Shown: positions 55,624-63,223 of the stretch, one piece after another
Numbering within the stretch: the first letter of the stretch is position 1
How the letters are laid out: every line of letters begins with the position of its first letter
DNA from: Bacteroidales bacterium
GTDB lineage: Bacteria; Bacteroidota; Bacteroidia; Bacteroidales; UBA932
Assembly: GCA_017618115.1 (NCBI GenBank)
Contig: JAFZUX010000024.1
Location: forward strand, 31,924 to 95,923
Direction of reading: 5' to 3'
Length of the DNA: 64,000 nt
Notes under the pieces: generated by a model
The model's database searches: none
What the model was told of the DNA's origin: nothing
Seen by the model: the letters and a program-made list of their open reading frames with translations, nothing else
Made by a program: the position numbers and the translations under genes

Positions 55624-56799
55624 ATGAAAAAGGTTCTTTTTATTGTGCTGATGGTTGTGTCCTGTATGCAGTTGGGTGCGCAGACTCATCGGGATTCCGT
55701 TATTAATCAGGCACGTTATCTTAAAAGTATTTTCCGCACGGATGATGCAATTGAGTTGCTCTCAACTTTGGTGCAGCCTGAGGCTATGGATGAGGGGGTG
55801 CTGGCGGAGTTGGCAGACTGCCATTTCCAAAGTGGTGCCTATGACAATGCCGTAGGAAACTATTTCATACTCTCTTCACTTGCACCAAATAACCTCCTTT
55901 ACAAGATAAGACTGATGCAGGTTTATTACAGGCTTCAGGCTTATCCTCAGAGCATTAAGGCCGCTCAGGATGCTCTGCAACTGGATTCCATTCCGGCAGT
56001 TTTCAGTTATATAGGAGACAGTTTCAAGCAGATGAAGCAGGCGGATTCCGCTCTTTGCTATTACCGTAAGGCTCTGGAACTTAAGCCTATGAATGAGGCG
56101 GTTCTATCCAAGGCCATGGGTATTCTTATAGACAAAAAAGAGTATGACGGCGCTATAGCAATCAGTGAGCCTTTCCTTGAGGAAGATCCTGACAACAGTA
56201 CCATTGCAACTCTAAAAGGGATAGCTCTCTATAGAAACAGTGAATATGAACCTGCTATTAAAGTATTTCAGCATCAGGAAGATATAGGGAATGACTCCTA
56301 CGCTACGCACTTTTTCCTGGGGCAATGCTACTGGCATACACAAACGCTGTATAGGGCTGAGCAGGAGCTTCTTGCCGCCTGGGAAATTGATTCTTCAGAT
56401 GTGAATCTGGCATACTCCATTGCTGCGCTTAAAGCAGATTTTACATATCCGTTTGGAGAAGATGTAAAACCGTGGCTTGACAAAGCTTGGGATATGATTC
56501 AACCTGATTCTTCAATGGTTTCACGTATTCACCAGCAATACGGTTTGGGATATTATAAAAGACAGGATTCCTGGGACAAAGCCATTGAGCATTACAAAGA
56601 GGCCTTACGCTATAATCCAAAGCTGATTTCCGCCATTGTTACAATAGCCTATTGCTATCATATTAAGAAAGATTACAAGCAGGCGGTCAAATGGTATGAA
56701 AGATACCTTAAGGTTGCCAGTCCCGGAACAAAGAGTTACAAATTTGCCCAGGAGAACCTGGAATTCCTTAAAGGAGAGCTCTTTATGGAAGAACAGTAG
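55624..56799 (+). CDS. Tetratricopeptide-repeat protein with signal peptide
   Basis: 391 aa with a signal peptide (VSCMQLGAQ) and multiple TPR units. Confidence 0.8.
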   Translation: MKKVLFIVLMVVSCMQLGAQTHRDSVINQARYLKSIFRTDDAIELLSTLVQPEAMDEGVLAELADCHFQSGAYDNAVGNYFILSSLAPNNLLYKIRLMQVYYRLQAYPQSIKAAQDALQLDSIPAVFSYIGDSFKQMKQADSALCYYRKALELKPMNEAVLSKAMGILIDKKEYDGAIAISEPFLEEDPDNSTIATLKGIALYRNSEYEPAIKVFQHQEDIGNDSYATHFFLGQCYWHTQTLYRAEQELLAAWEIDSSDVNLAYSIAALKADFTYPFGEDVKPWLDKAWDMIQPDSSMVSRIHQQYGLGYYKRQDSWDKAIEHYKEALRYNPKLISAIVTIAYCYHIKKDYKQAVKWYERYLKVASPGTKSYKFAQENLEFLKGELFMEEQ

Positions 56800-56925
56800 G
56801 GGTGCAAAAGCGTAAAATTGTTCATTTGCAACAAATTTATTCTTTTGATACTAAGCATTTTGCACGGCAAAAATCCCGCTCATACTTCATTTAAAATCAC
56901 CTTTTGCAAGTTTTTACGGGGATGC

Positions 56926-57015
56926 TTGACAAAAGCATTTTCCAATTATATTTTTGCATTGCAAAGAAAAGGTCACCAAAAAGATTCTTGACATTGGAAA
57001 AAATCTATATCTTTG
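56926..57015 (+). promoter_or_regulatory. Two tandem promoter-like elements (CTTGACA ... TAnnTTTGCAT)
   Basis: P-a has TTG at 56926-56928 and TATTTTTG at 56949-56956 (20-nt spacer). P-b has TTG at 56988-56990 and TATCTTTG at 57008-57015 (17-nt spacer). Both share the CTTGACA and TTTGCAT contexts. Confidence 0.45.
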
Positions 57016-57024
57016 CATCAAATT

Positions 57025-57133
57025 GTCGGTATTATAGTAAAGGGTGGCTATCAAAAATGGCCACCCTTAGTTTTTTAACCGTGGGGAGGTAGCAAAGCCA
57101 AGGAGGGCTTACTCTTCAAACTATAATATCGAC
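57025..57133 (+). ncRNA. Candidate structured 5' leader or small RNA (three-way junction with an embedded terminator-like hairpin)
   Basis: P1 pairs 57025-57038 with 57120-57133 (14 bp, one G-U). H1 pairs 57040-57048 with 57060-57068 (9 bp) and is followed by T6 at 57071-57076. H2 pairs 57095-57099 with 57106-57110 with an AAGGAG loop and is extendable with 57083-57088 / 57112-57117. Confidence 0.4.
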
Positions 57134-57135
57134 AT

Positions 57136-57276
57136 ATGACAAAAAATAGAGTTATGCCTAGCATTGTCTGTGTTACTATCAGAGTTGATAGATACAGACT
57201 CACCAGGGTAAGGGCGCACAAGCGCGTTTACAATGGGAAAGTTGTAAAGGTTAAGACCCACTATCGTAGGTACTAA
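57136..57276 (+). CDS. Candidate 46-codon highly basic small protein
   Basis: It translates as MTKNRVMPSIVCVTIRVDRYRLTRVRAHKRVYNGKVVKVKTHYRRY, with 14 Lys/Arg, 2 His and 1 acidic residue. There is an internal quasi-repeat (RVRAHKRVY / KVKTHYRRY). Promoters lie upstream and a hairpin downstream. It is too short for the ORF track. Confidence 0.35.
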   Translation: MTKNRVMPSIVCVTIRVDRYRLTRVRAHKRVYNGKVVKVKTHYRRY

Positions 57277-57312
57277 CCGAATGTGTTAGTCTTCTCGATC
57301 CCCTCGGTAATG

Positions 57313-57351
57313 GGAGCCGGGTAATTCAATGAGAGTTGATTACTCGGCTCC
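57313..57351. terminator. 13-bp hairpin between the small ORF and the convergent TfoX-like gene
   Basis: GGAGCCGGGTAAT-(13 nt)-ATTACTCGGCTCC (one G-U), followed on the + strand by the T-rich TTCATTATTATTT. Confidence 0.55.
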
Positions 57352-57358
57352 TTCATTA

Positions 57359-57676
57359 TTATTTGAACTTGATCTTGGGCGGAGGCAGGGCAGGAAGTGT
57401 TGCCTTGATTAACTCAACCAGATAGTCACTGTCGTCTACATCACTGATATAGAAGTAGTTTTTGGCACCAGGATATGGCGGGCGGAGGTCTACCTCTTTG
57501 AGAACGGCTCTGCCTGGTTCCGTTACTTTAACGTAGAGGTTGCTGTCACAGATAAGGCCAAAGATGATACTGTCACAGTAAATGCAATAGTCTCCCATCA
57601 TCTTTCTGACTGCAATATCTCCGGCGCGGGAGCACTGATCTACAATGTATTGGACAAAGTCTGCGTTACTGGCCAT
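57359..57676 (-). CDS. TfoX N-terminal-domain protein
   Basis: 105 aa. FVQYIVDQCS...VRKMMGDYCIYCDSIIFGLICDSNLYVK is the typical TfoX_N pattern. Confidence 0.75.
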   Translation of the reverse strand: MASNADFVQYIVDQCSRAGDIAVRKMMGDYCIYCDSIIFGLICDSNLYVKVTEPGRAVLKEVDLRPPYPGAKNYFYISDVDDSDYLVELIKATLPALPPPKIKFK

Positions 57677-57679
57677 TGG

Positions 57680-58066
57680 TTACTGTAAGAATTTCATAAA
57701 GGAGCCGGGGAGGAGAATGTTCTCTACCTCAAGGGCTTTCTTAAAGAGCGGAGCAATCTCCTCATCTGTGAAACCTGCAATTCCGCAGCCTATACGGGTT
57801 ACAAGGAAGGTAAGATCCTTGTGTTGCTTTGCAAACTTAATGAACTCATCTACATAGGGTTTGATGGTCTCCACGCCGCCCTGCATAGTTGGAATGGCGT
57901 AGGTCTGACCGTGGAGTCCTACACCTTCACCCCATACAGCACCAAAGTTCTCGTAGGCGTATCTGGCAGCACCGCCTCCGTGCTTTCCTCCAAGGTTACT
58001 TCCAAACACAAATATCTCATTGGGTTTCAACTCCTTGATGGAGTTGGGTGAGCATTTTTTACTCAT
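57680..58066 (-). CDS. Conserved hypothetical protein. By recollection it resembles the phage-associated A1S_2505-type / SLOG-like family.
   Basis: 128 aa with the IFVFGSNLGGKHGGGAA...GQTYAIPT...LVTRIGCGIAGF motif pattern. The family assignment is from memory only. Confidence 0.6.
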   Translation of the reverse strand: MSKKCSPNSIKELKPNEIFVFGSNLGGKHGGGAARYAYENFGAVWGEGVGLHGQTYAIPTMQGGVETIKPYVDEFIKFAKQHKDLTFLVTRIGCGIAGFTDEEIAPLFKKALEVENILLPGSFMKFLQ

Positions 58067-59004
58067 AACGTAGTGGTTTTAATGTTATCTGCAATCTTCT
58101 TAACCAGCAGAATGCGAGCCTCTTTGCTTGTCCAACCTATATGAGGCAAAAGCACCGCCTTAGTCTTATCTTTTATCTTCAGATAAGGAGATGATTCAGG
58201 TATTGGTTCCTTAGAAAATACATCAATGCCTATGCCCTCTATAATGTTCTCATTCAACGCCTTTACAAGGTCCTCTTCATTGATGATTCCGCCTCTTCCA
58301 ATGTTTATAACCTTTGCAGTCTTTTTGCAAAGAGCCAGTTTATCAAAAGTTATAAGGTTCTTTGTATTCTCGTTTAAAGGAGCGTGAATTGAGATGAAAT
58401 CTGATGTAGAAAGTAACTCGTTTAACGGCAGATGTTTATACTTGTCTGAATGAGGCTTTCCGGAGGTGGAATAGTAACATACTTCCATTCCAAAGCACTC
58501 TGCAAGCTGAGCAACTCTGCTTCCTATGGTTCCAAGTCCCACAATTCCAAGGCGTTGTCCTTTGAGTTCTCCCCAATAACGGGAAACGTCTGAGACAACG
58601 TTTCCACGGCTGTACTCTCCGCTCTTTACCATATTGTCATAATATCCTATATGACAGGCAAGTGAGAGAATCATAGCCATAGTTACCTGTGATACGCTCT
58701 CCGTTGAGTAACCAGCAACGTTCTTTACCGGAATGCCTTTGCCGGCGGCATAAACCAGATCCACGTTGTTGGTACCGGTTGCCGCAATACAGATAAGTTT
58801 AAGATTCTTTGCGGCATCTATCTGCTCCTTACCTATCTGTACTTTATTGATAATAAGTACGTCACAATCCGTTACTCTTTCAAAGACCTCTTCCGGTTTG
58901 GTAAACGGATAGGTAATCAGCTCACCCAGGGTGGCAATTGAGTCCAAAGAAACATCGTCACCTATTGAGGCGGCATCCAAAAAGACAATTTTAATTTTTC
59001 CCAT
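58063..59004 (-). CDS. D-2-hydroxyacid dehydrogenase (glycerate dehydrogenase / hydroxypyruvate reductase-like)
   Basis: GIVGLGTIGSRVA (NAD-binding motif), NIGRGGII and PHIGWTS motifs in 313 aa. Confidence 0.88.
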   Translation of the reverse strand: MGKIKIVFLDAASIGDDVSLDSIATLGELITYPFTKPEEVFERVTDCDVLIINKVQIGKEQIDAAKNLKLICIAATGTNNVDLVYAAGKGIPVKNVAGYSTESVSQVTMAMILSLACHIGYYDNMVKSGEYSRGNVVSDVSRYWGELKGQRLGIVGLGTIGSRVAQLAECFGMEVCYYSTSGKPHSDKYKHLPLNELLSTSDFISIHAPLNENTKNLITFDKLALCKKTAKVINIGRGGIINEEDLVKALNENIIEGIGIDVFSKEPIPESSPYLKIKDKTKAVLLPHIGWTSKEARILLVKKIADNIKTTTL

Positions 59005-59015
59005 TGTTTAAAGAT

Positions 59016-59966
59016 TTACCAAGCAAGAGCGCTGGCTCCCAAAATGGCAGCATCAGACTCGTTGAGCGCACTTACAAGCACCTTTACCTTGCCCTTCCAG
59101 AGGAATACAACGTTCTCATTCATAGCGTCTACCAGGTACTCCATAAAGTAATCCTTTGCGTGAGTCAGACCGCCGAAGAGTATGATTGCCTCAGGAGCGG
59201 AGAACGGGATAAAGTCTGCAAACTTCTCACCCATAACCTTACCGGTATACTCAAAAATCTCCTTTGCCATCTCATCTCCCTTCTCTGCTGCATCAAATAC
59301 ATCCTTTGATGTAATATCCTTGTACTCACGGAGTAAGCTAGGTCTGTCACTCTTCTCCAACAGCTCTTTTGCAGTGCGTGCAACTCCGGTAGCGGAGCAG
59401 TAAGCCTCAAGACATCCCTTCTGTCCGCAACCGCAGGCTCTTCCGTTCTTGATTGCACAGGTGTGTCCCAACTCTCCCGCAAAACCATCGTGACCGTAAA
59501 CAAGTTTTCCGTCTACTACAATACCGCTGCCCACTCCGGTTCCGAGTGTTATCTCAATGAAGTTCTTCATCTTTTTTGCGGCACCGTATTTCATCTCACC
59601 AATGGCTGCGGCATTGGCATCGTTGGTTATTGTAACAGGCTGGCCTCCAAGCATCTTTGAAAGTTCGTTTGCAAAGTGAACGGTTTTTCCCTTTGCCCAC
59701 ATAAGGTTGGTTGCCTCAACAATATCTCCGGTGTAATAGTTTCCGTCCGGAGCTCCAACTCCCACACCGTTAATGTCATCCATTGCAATTCCTGCATCCT
59801 GAGCCATCTCTCTTATGGTCTTACCCAAAAGAGTAATAAACTCGTTAGCATCTTCAAACTTGGTGGAAATCACCTTTCTGGCAAGGATGTCACCCTTTCT
59901 GTTTACGATACCTATCTTGGCTGTCTGGCCTCCGATATCTACACCTACTACATATTCTTTACTCAT
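59016..59966 (-). CDS. ROK family sugar kinase (glucokinase-like)
   Basis: GVDIGGQT, NDANAAAIGE and GHDGFAGELGH...CGCGQKGCLE (ROK Zn motif) in 316 aa. Confidence 0.88.
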   Translation of the reverse strand: MSKEYVVGVDIGGQTAKIGIVNRKGDILARKVISTKFEDANEFITLLGKTIREMAQDAGIAMDDINGVGVGAPDGNYYTGDIVEATNLMWAKGKTVHFANELSKMLGGQPVTITNDANAAAIGEMKYGAAKKMKNFIEITLGTGVGSGIVVDGKLVYGHDGFAGELGHTCAIKNGRACGCGQKGCLEAYCSATGVARTAKELLEKSDRPSLLREYKDITSKDVFDAAEKGDEMAKEIFEYTGKVMGEKFADFIPFSAPEAIILFGGLTHAKDYFMEYLVDAMNENVVFLWKGKVKVLVSALNESDAAILGASALAW

Positions 59967-59996
59967 AGTTCTTATATTTAATTAATTTACAATTCA

Positions 59997-61490
59997 TTAC
60001 AATAAAGGAGAGATGAGGCGGAAGAGGCTCTCCTTAATCTTCTGTCCCATACTTCTCTTCTTCCAGCTCTCCAGTTCAACCCTCTTGCAGAGTTCTATAT
60101 CCTTTTTAAATCTCTTCTCAAAGGTAACGGCACACTCTCTGTCATATAAAACGCTCAGTATCTCAAAGTTATGCTCAAAGCTTCTGGCATCCATATTTGC
60201 GGAACCAATAATGCACATCCTGCCGTCTACGCTGATTGCTTTAGAGTGGTTGAACCCTTCTGTGAAGAAATAAATCTTTACTCCCGCCTCAAGCAGCTCA
60301 GTTACAAAGGAATGGGTGCTGTATCTTGCCATAAGGGAATCTCCCTGCTCGGGCAGCATCAGACGTACGTCTATGTTTCCAAGTGCCGCAGTCTTTATGG
60401 CATTCAGAATAGTCTCGTTAGGAGTGAAGTAAGGGGTCTCTATGTAAATATGTGACTGCGCGGAAGTTATGGCGGTAAAGTAGCACTGCATAATACCGGC
60501 CCAGTCGCTGTCCGGACCGGAGGAGATTATCTGAGCGTACACATCCTGCATCTTTCCGGTAAGAGACATCTTACCCATCTCAATGTGAGGATAGTACTTG
60601 CGGCTTATGTGAAGTTTGTGATTCTGAACAAAATAGCGGTCCAGAAGGAAACTTGCCTGGAATGAAAATACGCTCTCTCCCGTCACCTTAATCTGAGTAT
60701 CACGCCACTCTCCGCCGTAGATTCCGTAATAGTATCTGTCTGCAATATTTACTCCTCCTATGAATCCCACCGCCCCGTCAACTACCAATATTTTACGGTG
60801 GTTACGGTAGTTGATCTTAGACATAGGCATAAAGATTTTAACCGGTGAGAAGACCAGAACCTCAATGCCGTCCTCCTGCATCTGCTTGACCAACTTCTTC
60901 TTAATGTGATGACTGCCAACATCGTCATACATCAATCTTACCTCCACACCCTCCTTTGCCTTTTTCCTCAACAGATCTATAAACTTACTCCCGATTCGGT
61001 CATTCTCCAGAATGTAGGTCTGCAGGTGAATGTGGCTCTTTGCCTCTGCAATCTGCTGGTACATAGCATCCAGCGCATCCTTGCCGTTGAAGTAGAACTC
61101 TATGTCGTTGTTGTAGTCCAACAGCGAGTAACTGTTGCGCATATTCTGGCAAATCAGTTTCTTATAGGCTTCCAAATCCCCGGTAAGAATCTCCGGGGTG
61201 GTCTCCAACGCCTTACTCTCCTCTGCGGAGAGTTCCTGCTTGATTCTGTAATCTGCCAAACCCTTGCGGGAGAACATTTTCTTCTTTCTATAGTTCTGAC
61301 CGAACGTAAGATAGAGTATGATTCCCAGATAAGGGAGCAGAATCATTACAGCAGTCCAGGAGAGTGTCTTAATAGGATCCTGACGGCGGAGAATCATTGT
61401 AACAGAGGCATATATAGCAATGCACATATTCATTGCATATAGGATTGCCGATAGAATCGGCCAGAAGCTATGCCAAGAAAAAAGAATCAT
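59997..61490 (-). CDS. cls: Cardiolipin synthase
   Basis: Two N-terminal TM helices and two HKD motifs (NHRKILVVDG and NHSKAISVDG). The ATG at 61490 forms an ATGA overlap with the upstream stop. Confidence 0.9.
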   Translation of the reverse strand: MILFSWHSFWPILSAILYAMNMCIAIYASVTMILRRQDPIKTLSWTAVMILLPYLGIILYLTFGQNYRKKKMFSRKGLADYRIKQELSAEESKALETTPEILTGDLEAYKKLICQNMRNSYSLLDYNNDIEFYFNGKDALDAMYQQIAEAKSHIHLQTYILENDRIGSKFIDLLRKKAKEGVEVRLMYDDVGSHHIKKKLVKQMQEDGIEVLVFSPVKIFMPMSKINYRNHRKILVVDGAVGFIGGVNIADRYYYGIYGGEWRDTQIKVTGESVFSFQASFLLDRYFVQNHKLHISRKYYPHIEMGKMSLTGKMQDVYAQIISSGPDSDWAGIMQCYFTAITSAQSHIYIETPYFTPNETILNAIKTAALGNIDVRLMLPEQGDSLMARYSTHSFVTELLEAGVKIYFFTEGFNHSKAISVDGRMCIIGSANMDARSFEHNFEILSVLYDRECAVTFEKRFKKDIELCKRVELESWKKRSMGQKIKESLFRLISPLL

Positions 61491-62248
61491 ATCCTCTCTT
61501 TGAAGGCCGTGTACAAGACAGAAATACCACCGCTTTGGCTTCTGTAACTTGCCTGCTTGAAACCCGCATTTGTGAGTTCCTCGCAAAACCTCTCAAATTT
61601 AGGAAATTTTTCTACTGATTTGATGAAGTATCTGTATGCGGAGCCCTCTTTTCCTAAAGTTAGAGCGGAGGCCATACCTGGAATCACATATTTAAAGTAT
61701 GGTTTGTAGAACCATCTAATGAGAGCGTTACGAGGTTCTCCAAACTCCAGAATCAAAAGAATACCAGATGGTTTGAGCACTCGCTTAATCTCTGAAAGAG
61801 ATGTAGGCCTATCGTCAAAATTGCGGATTCCGTAACCAATGGTAACCAAATCAAAAGTTTCATCCTCAAAGTTCAAATGAGCCCCGTCTCCCTTCAGAAG
61901 AACCGGTTTGATATATCCGGCCATCTCTTTCTTCCACTTATGCTCCATCCTCTGACGTCCAACCTCCAACATTCCCTCAGAGAGGTCTACGCCAATCACC
62001 TCCATTCCTCTTTTAGCCAACGGGAAAGAGAGGTCCCCCGTACCGCACGCCAAATCAAGAACTTTGGGAGGTTGAGGTGCGTTGTTGCTCTTAAGAAGAC
62101 GGACAGCGGTACGAGCCGCCATTCTCCTCCATCTCTTGTCTATATTCATAGAGAAAAGGTGGTTGAACTGCCCGTAGTTGCCTGATATTTTATTGAATAT
62201 TCCGGATGTATCCATAAAATTGTCAGCAAATTTACTAAATGAAAACAA
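61487..62248 (-). CDS. ubiE: Demethylmenaquinone / ubiquinone-type methyltransferase (UbiE/MenG)
   Basis: VLDLACGTGDL SAM motif and the ITIGYGIRNF, PSGILLILEF and SQSGGISVLYTA family motifs. An alternative ATG lies at 62215. Confidence 0.88.
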   Translation of the reverse strand: MFSFSKFADNFMDTSGIFNKISGNYGQFNHLFSMNIDKRWRRMAARTAVRLLKSNNAPQPPKVLDLACGTGDLSFPLAKRGMEVIGVDLSEGMLEVGRQRMEHKWKKEMAGYIKPVLLKGDGAHLNFEDETFDLVTIGYGIRNFDDRPTSLSEIKRVLKPSGILLILEFGEPRNALIRWFYKPYFKYVIPGMASALTLGKEGSAYRYFIKSVEKFPKFERFCEELTNAGFKQASYRSQSGGISVLYTAFKERI

Positions 62249-62272
62249 AAATTGTATATTTGCACTCCCTTT

Positions 62273-62355
62273 GCCCAGGTGGTGGAATGGTAGACACGCT
62301 AGTTTCAGGGACTAGTGCCAGCAATGGTGTGCAAGTTCGACTCTTGTCCTGGGCA
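62273..62355 (+). tRNA. tRNA-Leu (anticodon CAG), long variable arm
   Basis: GCCCAGG...CTAGT-TTCAGGG-ACTAG..., a variable arm, GCAAG-TTCGACT-CTTGT and CCTGGGC-A. A TATATTTG -7 box lies at 62255-62262. Confidence 0.9.
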
Positions 62356-62356
62356 C

Positions 62357-62388
62357 AAAAAACGGAGACCAAACGGTCTCCATTTTTT
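62357..62388. terminator. Bidirectional intrinsic terminator (tRNA-Leu / SDR gene)
   Basis: AAAAAAC-GGAGACC-AAAC-GGTCTCC-ATTTTTT forms a 7-bp stem flanked by A and T runs. Confidence 0.7.
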
Positions 62389-62398
62389 ATGCCTTTCC

Positions 62399-63223
62399 TT
62401 ATTTCAAAGGGGAGTCCGGTTCCTTTTTCATGTAGTTGTATTCCAGGCGGTCTACAAGACGTGGGAAGAACTTGTTGAGGTAAACGGTGAGTTTCCCGAT
62501 AGGGGTGAGGATCACCTGGGACTTTCTCTTGTGAACTGCATTGGTGAGTTTCTTGGCGCAGGTCTCTGCACTCATCATCTTGCCCTCCTCTCTAGGAGTC
62601 TGACCCTGAGGCGTTCCGTCTGCCGTAAGAGCGGCAAACCTGACGTTGGAGGCGGTGAATCCCGGAGCAAATACAAGGACGTTGAGACCGTCTTTAAGGT
62701 GCTCAACTCTAAGGGTATCCAGGAATCCGTAGATAGCAAACTTGGATGAGGAGTAACCGGTTCTTGCAGGGAGTCCCTTAAAGCCGGCAATGGAGATTAC
62801 TCCTACAACGGTTCCCTTAGTTTCCAGTAGGTGAGGCAGTGCGTACTTAGTGCAGTAAACTGTACCCCAGAAGTTTACATCCATCAGAGATTTGATGACG
62901 GAGAGATCCAAATCCTTGAACATGGCCCTCATTGAGATGCCGGCGTTGTTTACAAGAACATCTATCTTTCCAAACTTCTGTACTGTGGCCTCTATCAGCC
63001 TCTTGCAATCTTCCTCCTTGGTAACGTCCGTTGGAACTGCAAGGAAACGATTGGCCTCCTGGCCCTTATGTGAGAGTTCACAGAAAGTCTGCTTGAGTTT
63101 GTCTGCACTTCTGGCTGCAAGAACAACGCTTGCACCTTCACTTGCAAACTGACGTGCAGCGGCCAGTCCGATTCCCGAACTGGCCCCTGTAACTATAACT
63201 ACTTTATTGTCAAACCGTCCCAT
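62399..63223 (-). CDS. SDR family oxidoreductase coupled to the alpha-oxoamine synthase gene
   Basis: VTGASSGIG, NNAG and YSSSKFA (YxxxK) motifs in 274 aa. The start overlaps the upstream stop (TAATG). Confidence 0.85.
   Translation of the reverse strand: MGRFDNKVVIVTGASSGIGLAAARQFASEGASVVLAARSADKLKQTFCELSHKGQEANRFLAVPTDVTKEEDCKRLIEATVQKFGKIDVLVNNAGISMRAMFKDLDLSVIKSLMDVNFWGTVYCTKYALPHLLETKGTVVGVISIAGFKGLPARTGYSSSKFAIYGFLDTLRVEHLKDGLNVLVFAPGFTASNVRFAALTADGTPQGQTPREEGKMMSAETCAKKLTNAVHKRKSQVILTPIGKLTVYLNKFFPRLVDRLEYNYMKKEPDSPLK

Noticed and set aside
56904-57092. 62-aa TTG-start ORF in the 56.8-57.36 kb gap
   Set aside because: It reads straight through both promoter-like elements and the terminator-like hairpin, has only a TTG start and has implausible composition. 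The region is better explained as regulatory or RNA sequence.
60906-61442. 178-aa plus-strand ORF, and the upstream extension of the cls ORF to 61586
   Set aside because: The ORF is antisense to the cardiolipin synthase gene. The extension overlaps the ubiE C-terminus, and the ATGA-coupled start at 61490 gives a normal Cls N-terminus.
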